Below are positions 39,101-50,797 of a DNA stretch of 58,780 nt, piece after piece. The notes under the pieces were generated by a model, which did not search any database, was not told the origin of the DNA, and saw only the letters and a list, made by a program, of their open reading frames with translations. The stretch lies in NCBI GenBank assembly GCA_027604505.1, contig JADIIX010000014.1:186001-244780 (forward strand), read 5' to 3'. The DNA is from Gonapodya sp. JEL0774. Lineage: Eukaryota. Numbering within the stretch: position 1 is the stretch's first letter; each line of letters opens with the position of its first letter. The translations under genes and the position numbers were made by a program.

Positions 39101-41369
39101 GACTAATGATATGCTTCTCCATCACAGCAAAAGCCATGAGCAAGTTTTCGATACTTCCTCCTCTGTCGGTTGAGATTGCTCTCCCAGGAAAGCAACCTGT
39201 TGTCGTATCAACAACAATGGATGATCCTTCTTCACATTTGGCTTCTTCCGGACCCTTTAAATTCCATTCTATTGCACAGCAAACGGAACTGGTCTCAAAG
39301 GGGGTAGTCTCTACGAATGATGAGTCGGCGAACTCAAAAATCAGCCTCACCCCGACGACAAACGCACTCACATTTCTGCTGCGCGATAGTATTTATCCAT
39401 TTTCAGCTAGTACAGTCATCGGCAACACATCGGTCCTGTTCGTCGTGCACCTTGAATATTGCCGCGTCGATCACGGAACGCTGATTACAGCGCATCATCT
39501 GTGCCTCAAGAGGGGTGATTCGAGAGTTAGATTGATGGTTCCACAACATAACATTATCGTGGAATGGACAAAGCAATGTGACGATCCCGGGACCAAGATC
39601 GACGGCTCGCTCCCAAAAGCAAGCGGAAGCAGTGAAACGAAGCCAAACTCCGAACGGCTTCGATGGCGTGACAACAGCGTTTTCGACCATGGTGGGTATG
39701 AATCGGAGAGCGCACCGTTTCCTTTGCAACTCTTTCAGAAATTGAAAGTGCCTGGTTTACGTCGTTCTAGTCAAGTTCACACATGTGTATCATCCTCGGA
39801 CATTGTGGTACTTCAGGTTCGGATTTGAAATTGGCGTGAAACTACCGAAAGTTATCAACAAAAGTGATCGATATCCAGGTACCCAGCGTACTGTCTCATC
39901 ATCTACCTCATGCAGATTTTGTGCTCTCTTGGTCGAGGCTACCGCGCGAAATGGCCAGTCATCAGAAAATCCATGTTCGATCTGTCGTTCATAAGGGTTT
40001 TTGGAACCATCATTGCTATGGGTATTGGTTCAATTGTGCTACTGAATGCATCTGTCAGGTACGATAAAAAGTCGTTGGAAGTTGAAGATTTGGTGAGTGG
40101 TGTGGAGTTCATTCGTTTCTGGCTGCATCGGCGCATTCACAGATATTGTTTGATAGCCTTTCATTTCGGTTATTGTCCCTTGCTACAAACAAGGCCATTT
40201 CCTCCGAGAAGCAGTTAATAGTGTTCTCACACAAACATACTCAAATTGGGAGCTAATAATTGTGAATGATGGAAGCCCTGACTCCTGTTTGGAAGTGGCA
40301 CAGCAATACCAACGGGATAACCCTCATCTTCGCATTCAAGCCGTAGACAAACCAAACGGAGGGCTTTCGTCAGCTCGTAATTACGGAATTGAACGGGCTA
40401 ACGGAAAGTGGATATGCGCCCTTGATGCTGATGATTATATCGATCGCGATTATTTCTTGCACGTTGCGAGAGCTATCAACGGCAATCCGAACGTTCGGAT
40501 GATCTACGCGAATCAACAGTTTTTCGGAGAGTCCGACTATCAGTGGTACATCCCAACTGTGAGTTATGCCAATGACTGCATCACATGATTCTGTCTTATT
40601 CAACCTTATCTATCCCACCAGTACACGTTTGATGGTTTGTTGTATGCAGGGCTGTTCCCTGTAAACACTGTGTATAGAAAAGATGATTGGGCAGCCGTGG
40701 GCGGATACACAGAGTGAGTTGGGACAACCTGAGACAATATACCACATGTGACTGAAACGCAAATCCTCAAATAGAGTTTTACCGTGGGGGAACGAAGATT
40801 GTGAGTAACGATTTCATTCGGTATTTCATTTCACGGAGGAGTTTACACGATTTCCCTCAGGGAACCTGTGGATCTCACTTGCCTCCCTCTTCCGAGATTC
40901 CTCGCAAGTGTTCAAGATTGATTTATATCTTCTCTATTACCGATATAAATCAAAGTCCATGCAGCGGGACATGCAGAACTTCTTGGAAGTTGTGCCAATG
41001 CTGCAAACACTGCATCCAGACTTGTATCCTGCTCGCGAGACTCTGGATAATCATAGAGTCATCATCCAGGAAATCAATCGCAAAACAGTAGACGTTCTAC
41101 GACAAAAGTTGAAGAGGCATGCAGAGGATAGTATGCTGAGTCTGTGGTTGGGCATGTACCACGAGGGACTCAAGGACCTCTCAACAGCAAGTCGTTATTA
41201 CCAGAAGGCCGTGGAGACGAATAAAGACCCGAAGAACTGGCAACCATACTTTCGCTTGGCGGTTGCGAGAGCAACGGGTGGGGAGTGTAAGGAGGCGAAT
41301 GCATTGTTTGACAAAGCAGCGTCAATAGATAAAGTATTGTCACGGTACCGTATATCATGTGTCATATAA
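36103..41369 (+). CDS. Large multidomain glycosyltransferase: signal anchor, GT32-like DXD domain, two LamG/concanavalin-like domains, GT2 domain, TPR-like helices
   Basis: LYERGGIAMDSDV (GT32-like); LVGLWDFDE..DASGRRNDG..FTVSLW..WHHVALTF..LYIDG..FVGSLD (LamG); second LamG-like MHIAMV..VYHNG..VKVWTKALSQDEV; ISVIVPCYKQGHFLREAVNSV..IVNDGSPD..NGGLSSARNYGI..LDADD (GT2); C-terminal LWLGMYHE..YYQKAVE. The intron phases I traced are compatible. Confidence 0.75.
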
Positions 41370-41401
41370 TTGCATAGATTATTTTTTCAATACTAGAATT
41401 A

Positions 41402-43186
41402 TCAGCGTTTTCTGTTGGGTGGGCGTGTGAAAGCGACTTCAAAGCAGCACGGGATGCCATTGAGATCTTGCGAGAGCACCACACATGTTCAATATTTGGA
41501 TGTCCATTCACACACACAGAAACTTACCTTGATCACCACCCCAGCTTTCCATCGTTGACATCGGATTTGTGTGATGATAGTACTGGCCGGATTGTGTGCA
41601 TTTTGTTGACCCTGTTGCTTTGAAAAGATATCAGCGTCTCTTACCTGCAAAAATCCATGACGCTCGAATTCATCCATGAGCTGTAGCCAGCCCAGAATAC
41701 CTTTTACGTTTTCTTCCTCCGTTGGGGACGTGCTTACTATGTTGCGGACGAAATCAGTGCCGAGAACGTCGTGTGTATCCTCGGGTGACCAAGATCGAAA
41801 GTTTGGTTTCCACATATGAACCTGTGTTGGATTCATTTGCGAATAAAGTTGAAGAAGCATGTATAAGGATTTGGCGGGACTAAGACCGTGTTCTTATCGC
41901 ACCTCCAGAAGCACCTGCACGTGGTGGAGAGTTTATACAGATGAGGGCTTCCATTTTCGGACGACTTTCTCGCCAACCTGTTCCACGCGATCCATTGCAC
42001 CATCTTTAAACGCCCGTGCCAACGCATCCCATTCGTAACCCTCCACATCAACTTTCAGGACAGAGACGTATGAGTGATTGAGCATCCGCATTGTGTCCGC
42101 AAGTGTGAAAACAGCCCATTCGGAGACCTGTTTTGTGCGAAGTGTCGTTCCAACAGTTTTGGTGGTGGCGTAAGACAAGCCAATGTCTGGTGGAGTGGAC
42201 GGCATTGATCAGGACATTTTGTTAACGACTGCAGTGCGGGCAAACTCACTCCAAAACCATTGATTACGCCCTCTATAATGACTTTCTAAACCAAGCGACG
42301 GATCAAAGCTGCAATCCCCACGAGCATTCAGAGAGTTCAGCATTTGAAAAGAAGGTAGAGTCATTTGCAACTTACGAGTGTGTTTCACAGCCTGTCATAT
42401 CGTGAAATTCATCTTCCCATGTAAAATCCCAATCAACTCCAAAGCCATACATGGCACAGCTGGCGGGCGCGTTGCCCAGCTCTTGTTGCGATGCCGGGGA
42501 TCCTTCAATGATGGTGAGTTCTGTTTGGTCCTGTTGCCCACCCTCAAACGGTCGTCCCACAGGTTCTGGTTGCCTTGTAGGCCCTCGGTTCCCTTTGGTG
42601 CGCTCAAGGTGAGCACCGTCCGGACGAAAATATAACGTTGAAGTATCGCCTCGTGGCTTCCATCGCGACGGTTTTCTCTGGGAAACTTCTGTGGGCGTTT
42701 CAATGAGTTCATCATCAAACTTGACTTGGTAGTTGAGCCACGGCGGCGCAAGCGAGTCAAGGCGACTCCAGCCGTCGAAACAGATTGGCCTGGAGGAGTT
42801 GCAGATGAGCATTGACCACTGCCGCACCCCTGGGATCATACCAGTTGCCATCACCCATATGCCCACTAGCAGATCCACCGAGAGAAAACAGGAGTTTGCA
42901 TCGATACCGATTCTAAATAAGGTAGCGATTGGCCTTAAATCGGAAGTCGATGGGTTCAGGATGCGAATCCTTGAAATCAAATACGCACTCGATTAATCTT
43001 ATAGAAAAGCGCTCTTAGAGCGCTGTGGATATCCCAAATGATGGATTGATCGAACGGATCCTGAATTCCATTTTGGTTATGTTCGTGTTCCTGGGGATGA
43101 CGGGAATTGGGGAAAGCAAACAGCGCAGCAAGGGCGAGCAGGATGATCGTTCCGATAACGACAACTCGAGTATCAGGACCTCGCAT
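41402..43186 (-). CDS. Signal-anchored Methyltransf_22-like methyltransferase (paralog B)
   Basis: TM helix; PICFDGW; CAMYGFGVDWDFTWEDEFHDMTGCETHS; VSVLKVDVEGYEWDALARA; PCCFEVAF. Confidence 0.8.
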
Positions 43187-43302
43187 CGTGGGCAGGCGGA
43201 GTGGAGTTTTCAAATATATGGAGGAGGCGTTCACAAGGACCCGATTACCACAATATGAGTTCTCCTCACCACAGTTGATAAACTTTGTCAGTACTAATAG
43301 AA

Positions 43303-45235
43303 ATGCTGTCCCGCTCTTTCCTGACAGTACTGGCAGTTATAACCCTATCCTTTCTGGCGTTCTTGTTCTCGACATATACCTCGACTCTGCGATTGCGATC
43401 GACAACGAGGACTGAAACATCACATGGAGGAAATAGCCACGCGAACGAAAAGGACATTGTGTGGGATATCCATAGCGCGGTACATGCGCTCATGTACTCC
43501 TTCAATCGAGTGATTACATGTTTTCAATTATGAACAATGAAGAACGACTCTTTCATGACGTGAAACCGTTGATTTCTGTCAGAATCGGCACCGTTGCGAA
43601 CGGTTGTATTCTCTTGGAGGACACGCCGAAGGACATGGGGGGGACGGCAACTGGTGCGTAGCACGAAGTTTTACATTGACGAAGGCTCACCCTTTGTGCC
43701 AAGGCCAGTGTGCTTCGACGGATGGCGAGAGTTCAACGTCCTCGACGTTCGTGGCCCGCCGTGGTTGGCCTACCGAGTGCAACCTGTAGAAGGCAAGAAA
43801 TCTAGGAGAGCAAGCATGCCCGCAGGTGCCTTGCCTACGAAGTCGTTGGTGGAGTCGTTGGTGGCTGAATCTGGGGCCATCAACGAGAATCCACGTTCCG
43901 CGAATGTCCAGAAACAAAGACTCGTCTCTCGCCATGTTCCAACGACGTTCTATAGACCGACAGGAGTAGCTCAGACTCTTGACAGAGGAAATCAAGGCCC
44001 AACACGACAACCAGAACCATTTGAAAGACCACCCGAGGGTCCAGATTCTGTTCGAGAAAACGTCAAGGTTGGAAAAGCTGCTTCTCACGTGGAACTTGGG
44101 AACAATCCTTCCTGGTACGCGCCTATCATGATTCTGCCATATCCATGTACCTCTCGCCCTCACTCTGTGGCTCTCGCTCCAGCGTGATGTATGGATTTGG
44201 GGTTGATTGGGACTTCACCTGGGAGGACGAATTCTGGGAAATGACAGGCTGCGAAACGCACTCGTGGGTGATCTGAGTAGTAGCGTTCGAGTGTAATTTC
44301 AAGGTTACTATTTACTGCCGGATCCTTGCCCAGTTTCGATCCCTCCCTCAGCATGGAAAGTCACTATCGTGGTCGAAATCAATGGTTTTGGAGTGAGTTG
44401 ATTAGTGTCATCCGTCTGAATGCTGGTATCTTTACTTGGCATTTTTGCTTTCAAGGTGTCGGGCTGTCATCGGCATCAGGAGTGATTGAGGGAACGACAC
44501 TCAGAACAAATCAAGTGTCCAAATGGCCTGTTCGGACGCTCTCGGATGTCATGAAATCTCTCAACCACACCCATATCAGTGTCCTTAAAATAGACGTTGA
44601 AGGCTTTGAGTGGGATTCCCTCGCAAGAGCATTTCATGACGGGGTGATGGACAAAGTTGAACAGGTAAGCGTCTCGTCTCACTTCGTCCTGTTCATCCTC
44701 CGTAGCTCTAATATGTTGTGAAGGTGCTCCTCGAAGTCCACATGTTCAAGGAGAACTACCGAAAGTGGAAACCTCAAAGTGTCACACCAGGAACGAAGCA
44801 ATCTACCCCGTCCAAAGCTGGATCTATTCAAGAGATGGTTGATATAAATATAGATGCAGATACATCGGCAGTACTGGACTGGCTCGAAATAATGAACTTG
44901 TTTGAAGAATCTGGCTTCGTGCAGTATTACCACGTAAGATTTCATTCCTGTTGTGGATGGGTGTTCCCGGTTACTAGATCGGTCGTTTCTTCCGTGTACA
45001 GCACACGAATCCCATGTCTGTCCCAACGGCGTGGTCCGATGCAAAAGGTGAAGGTCCATCCACATTTGCGAGCCCTGAAGTTGCCTAAACGCACACTTTA
45101 ACAGACCTGAACAATTTACCTTGCTGCTTTGAGATTGCATGGTGAGTCCGATCATTCATCACTTAGAACAAGAATGAATCGCTCCGTTAAAAGCTCACCT
45201 GTACCTTCCTGTTCGCCAGGACCAGGATTTACTGA
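43303..45235 (+). CDS. Signal-anchored Methyltransf_22-like methyltransferase (paralog C)
   Basis: TM helix; PVCFDGW; VMYGFGVDWDFTWEDE; FDPSLSMESHYRGRNQWFW; ISVLKIDVEGFEW; VLLEVH; PCCFEIAW. Confidence 0.8.
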
Positions 45236-45669
45236 TAATTTTGCACGTACACGTTTACCTATAGTATAATAATCATAGAGAATGAACCTGAAACCACCCC
45301 GGCCAGAAATGGCCCTAGTTACGACTGACTTTCATCGTAACAACTAGTTCGAAACAATACACCTACGGTGCTGCTCTCTTTCTTGACAATTTCACTGAAC
45401 AGACTCACGCTTCGTGTCTTATCAAGCCGACAGACGGAGGGTGAGCGCATGTGTTCTTCCACACTTGGATAGCAAAGGTCAATCGAAACACCTACGACTG
45501 CGCATGATCTCTGGCTTTCGAAAGAGTTCGTGATTATCAATCCCTATAGTCTCAGAAAATAGCATATTTCATATTGGAAAGATAATAATCTCACATTTTA
45601 TAAAAGAGACCTCTTGGACTGGTGATCTGGAGAGGTGTGATCAAAAGGGACGGCGGACAAACTTTGTCC

Positions 45670-47518
45670 ATGAGTCCCATCCCACAAAGCCGTCTGACTT
45701 CGCTCGTCTTAGCGGTCGTCGTTTTCTTCTGTCTCGGGCGATATCTCCCTCAAGCTTTCTTGGTGGAAAATCGCTCGACCAGGCTTCGTCCCCCACCCTC
45801 GTCCAACCATCCACCTCCCACCGTCCAAAATCCGCCTGTCTGGGCCCCCGAAGAACCCGTCTCGAGCCGGCCAAATGACACTAACTCGCAAGATGTTGAA
45901 CCTGTCGCGCCGCCCGAATTGAAATCGGAGGTTGACGGCTTATATTCCAAGAATCCTTGGAAACTGTACAAAGCCAGGGACTATGAAAAGTTTTCCTTCA
46001 TGCCACATGGACAGTGGAATGCAGAGTGCGTGAAGCAGCGGTGATACCGTGTCTCGGGGACGAATGATGAGTAGATGTAACCACCCAATCATTTATTCAT
46101 CGTTTACAGTGCAATGTGGACACACTTGCTGAAGGAATGCAAAACGCCCGAGAGCTCTATTGTAGTAGAGATTGGCTCATATGGTGAATGCTGGAATTCA
46201 CGTATGGTTGCGAGTGCGAAGGGCTTATTCAAGTACATTCGGACATTCAAGACTGTACCCAGTGCATTGCCGCTGCACGAATCTTACCATGGAAGAAGGT
46301 TTATTGCTTTGAACCATCTCCTCTGGTGAGCTTTTTGTGCCATTTACATTCGGTCTCGTATATCTACATTCTCACGCATTCTCCAAACGGTCTAGAACTT
46401 TGCCAGGTGCACGCAAACAATCAATGTCGTCAAAGAAACTGTAAGTGATCCTGTAATACGATTTGAGACATTGAAAGCATTTCAAAGCATCTGGTTGCCC
46501 GTATTTCTCTTTCTTAGCAACCACAAGTCGCCGCACGTATCGAACTGCTGCAGCTTGCTGTTGCTGCTGAGCCGGAAGGCGAGCTCGAATTTCACGGAAC
46601 AGGTGGGACAGGTGACCATGCAGGTTCTCTCAACGAGGGAGAAATCGATGCATATCGGGTGAGCTCCGTGGAGTTAAGATCCTCTTCGCTTTGTGAGTTG
46701 ATAGAGGAGCATCCAGAACCCTGTGTGTTACTTTTGTAGGACAAGAAGAACGACATTGTTGTAAAGTCCACCAACCTGGATACAATCTTCAAGGATAGCA
46801 ATGACGACGTGAGTGGTGTCAATACGGTTCTCGTGTCCTCACCCACATGTTCCGTCCCTTGTTTTACTGACGGGTCTCCTTTTGTGCCCTCGACAGATAT
46901 TTATGGTCAAGATCGATACCCAAGGATTTGATGGAGTGGTTCTGTTGGGCATGAAAGACCTTTTATCCCGATCACAAATACAATATGTCATCATGGAATT
47001 GTTCGTAATGCGATGAGTCTCACTTCGCCATATGTGGACAATCTTTAAACTTTTGCATCTCTCAGCTGGCCGGTAGCAATGAAACGGACGACGCAACCCT
47101 GTCGCGAGACACTACAATACATATCACAGTTCGCATACAAAGCATATGAAGGTACGTGATACTTTGAGAGGACAGATATGTGAAGTCCTGCCTCGAAGCC
47201 TTGACACGAACATGACTCCCCAACGTGAAGGCATTCTCATGGCGCTCAACTACCTTTCAACCATCGACATCAACGATCCTATTCCCGGCGGTAAGGGAGA
47301 GTCGTACAAACAGAGCTGGGAGAAAAAGAAGAAGGATATCGAAAGCGTATGCAAGTGGTATGAGGCGAGGCTGGAGGTGCGCTCTGTCTCTTGTTGGAGC
47401 TTCCTCGAAACGGGTGATATAAACAGCATTTCTTGCCATTATTATTTAGGGTGGGCCTCACAACACATTTGGAATGTGGTCGGACGTCTTGCTCGTACGG
47501 CAAAAGAACAATGTCTGA
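45670..47518 (+). CDS. FkbM-family (Methyltransf_21-like) methyltransferase, type II membrane; many exons
   Basis: TM helix plus Pro-rich stem; IVVEIGSY; VYCFEPSP; TNLDTIF; MVKIDTQGFDGVVLLGM; YVIME; C-terminal GMWSDVLL. Confidence 0.8.
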
Positions 47519-48092
47519 ATACATCCTTCATGCGTACATCAGAAAAATATGAGAAAAGACCATCAGCCATTCAACAAGAAGGTTGACTTCCTTGGTATTA
47601 ATGAAATGGCGCTCTTGCCTGCTGGAATCATACACAAATTGTCTGCGATTCTCCCGTTAAGGGGGGTACGAGGAAACGAAGAGCATTCGTACCCCTTTTG
47701 GCGTCCTCTCAACGCCTTTCGAGACGCGAGGATGGTGTGGATGTAAACGCAATCAGAGAATTGCCAAGGTTTTAGGCAACTTCTGATTCTTGTCTCGGCG
47801 ATGTATAAATTATGGAAATACATAATAGGACAGGATCCTTTCCCCCAGTCCTCCCCCCGGAAATCGCCACACAATCACCAGCTCCACTCAGACCCTCCTC
47901 TGACACCCAGACGCGACGCAAACCAAGAGTTCTGTCGTAGCGTCTTGATCCGAAGTGTTTTTGCCTGTGCGTTTTTCAGTCCCTGTCGTGGGGATGCCTG
48001 TCAAGAACTGTATTGCTTTTCCCAGAATACTCCTCTTTCGCCTTCGCGATCCTCCTCCCCCTCCTGTGAACGGAACAGCAAAAAGACATTAA

Positions 48093-49050
48093 ATGGGGAG
48101 CTGGTCGAGACCTCAATTAATGGTGAGGGATTCGAAAAAAAAAGATTGCGCTCTGTACGGACTTCATCTTCACCGGCGCACCTTCCCAGACTCTCCTTCT
48201 CTGTGTGGGAGCGCTTCTCCTCTACGGAGCTTGGTCTTCTCCCCGCACCAATGCATTCCCCCGGAGCACATCGGTAGATGTTGGGTTTCGTGGAGGTGAC
48301 GGTGGCGACTCGCAGGAGGTCGCTCTTCTGAAGAAGAAACTGGAAGAGTACAAGCAAGCGGCGATCAAATGGCGCCGGATCGCCGGGAAGCAGGTCTGTG
48401 ATAAAGACCTCCTCTGCAAACAAAAGGACTCGGTGGGACCCACGGGCGGTTGGTGCTTGGAGCCAGCGGATAACCCCGACTGGTTCAAGGCCAAGTTCCA
48501 CATGCTTCCGGATCCCACACTTTCGGCTGGCATACTAAAATATCTGGGGGACAAACCCACCGTACTGGTGGACATTGGAGCCGGAATCGGTCAATACGGG
48601 ATGTGGTTCAGGGATAAGGCGAACAATGCTGGGAACATTGAGTGGCACGGCTTTGACGGTGCCGAAAACGTGCACGAATTTACTGACGGACTCGTCACGT
48701 GGACCGATGCTACGGATCCGCTGTTTGATATGATCCCCATACGCGGGGATTGGGTCATGTCGCTCGAGGTTGGTGAACACATTCCGCCAGAGAAGACGGA
48801 CAATTTCCTCGATACGTTGGTGCGGCACAGTCGTACGGGTGTCATTGTGAGCTGGGGTATACCAGGACAACCCGGCCACGCCCACATCAACTGCCGTCCG
48901 AATTCGGAGATCATCAAACTCATGGCGGACCGTGGTTACATCCAGGACAGCTGGACACGGGAATTCCAGAATCATCTTCGGACCACATGCTCGTACTTTT
49001 GGCTCAAAGAGACAGTCATGGTATTTAAGAGGGCGAAGCCTTTGCAATAG
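48093..49050 (+). CDS. Class I SAM-dependent methyltransferase with an N-terminal signal anchor and short coiled-coil stem; one 5' intron
   Basis: MGSWSRPQLM | TLLLCVGALLLYGAW; LVDIGAGIGQYG; GFDGA; DWVMSLEVGEHIP; SWGIPGQPGHAHINC. Confidence 0.85.
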
Positions 49051-50697
49051 TAGATTACCCCTGCGATGACCGGAGTCACCGAGTTGTTTACTGTTGAAGT
49101 GTTCACATTTCATTCAACACAATTGGCATTCTCACGAAGTCTTTGAGATCAGTTAAACTTTCAGATTACTGTCCTGACCGCAAATGGACATTCTGAAAAC
49201 ACCAAACTGTGGTTACAATGAAGTACAGTTGCATTCCCAGTCATGCCTCAAAACACTATTTCCGACACGATGTCTCTCAGCAATTATCTCAATTAAGTCA
49301 CATCGTGCCCAGCGATTTCTGATCCCTTGAAACTCCCCAAGTCCCACCCGAAACAACATCTCACCAACATCCCTAGAGGCGTTCATGTAGAAGCCGTCGA
49401 CTTTTCCCCGTAGAATTTTGGATTATTTTTCAATGCTCACTTCGTCGACCTCCCATCGCCTTGACTGCGGGAGTACGCGAGTGTGGCGATGTCTGTGATC
49501 CGTTCTGCACCACTTCCGACGGCGACCTACTTGGCCCAGAAAGTTGGTATATTATGCACTCACCTCATCCTCAGAGTCACCTGGTTTGCCTCCTACGTCC
49601 GCCATCCCGATGCACACTCGTCCCCCAGCTGTCCATCCGTCATTCTACGTGGAAAGACCCCTGCGAAAACTGCTTTCATCAAATCAATTCAGTCGGCGCA
49701 TGAGATTGTTCCACGTCTGCTGACCGCTTTGGATGTGCAGGACCCCCCAAGACGCGTTCCGGTGTTAACAAAAACAAGCGTCTTCCCTCATGGTGGTGGG
49801 ATGTGTCACAACCGTACTGTCAAACCACTCAGCGTATTTCAGATCCACAGTAGGTTGCCACGCATAGGGCCTGTCCATCCGGGTCTCCGTCCGTCGGGAT
49901 GCTCGTGATCTTTCGTAGTGAAGGTTTCCAAATGTAAGTTACAAAACGCGAAGCTGACCCGAATCACTCTGACGGTCATCAGCGAAACGGGTCTTGCGTC
50001 CCGTCATATCTAAATACATTCAAACACATCAAATATGCCAAACACACTAGACCAACATCCAGATATCTGGATACTGGGCCCGGTATCCAAATACCACCAA
50101 ACACCACTCAAATGTGTCCCGCGGATTTCTATATTCCAGGTCAAGTCTTCAAATATGATAGACAACTATACTGATAGTGACCGGAAACGCAGCATATCCG
50201 TTTGGGTTTGGATTGCGACACAGTCTGGCATGTGCTCGTAACTTACATGTATTCAGGCATTGGCCTACATTGTCAAACTCATAAAGCAGAAAACTACATA
50301 TTCTGCCTCAGTAGGGATACACAACTGCTCATCTTCACCCACTTTGCTTTGTAAAGACAATCGCCGCCCACCGAGCGACCTCACAAACCAGAAAACAAAC
50401 CAGCGCCAGATTAAAGAACATTCCAGACCCCAATAGAGTCTCAAGATTGGAAGCGGCTGATAGCAGATAGAGATAATGAACAGTTGCCGTAAATTAGAGT
50501 GAAATCAACTATTATTTTGGGGGGCAACGAAGGCTTACCATATGTATGCTCATTCAATCTGTGTCTACATTCTACGTGAGTTCTGGATGTTTGAGACTGG
50601 ATGTTTGAGAAGGCATGTTGGGATGAGTTACAGCGCCCCTGGCCCAAGGCAGTGCTCTCATAGCAGGAGCGCGAAATGTTTCTTTTAGGCCTTCTAA

Positions 50698-50718
50698 GGG
50701 CCTGTACAGCAGTGGTTT
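50698..50718 (+). repeat. Left TIR of the Harbinger element
   Basis: GGGCCTGTACAGCAGTGGTTT, preceded by TAA. Confidence 0.9.
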
Positions 50719-50797
50719 ATTGTAATAATCGATTATGGGTGAAAAGTGAGTTTTCGGCCGAACACCACCGAACTTCGATCAAAGCACAATACACGCA

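Noticed and set aside
49461..49908. Short overlapping ORFs downstream of the last methyltransferase
   Set aside because: No motifs or convincing gene structure.
50630..50652. GCCCCTGGCCCAAGG resembling part of U6 snRNA (a possible Dada target)
   Set aside because: Short imperfect match without the ACAGAGA box or flanking U6 sequence.
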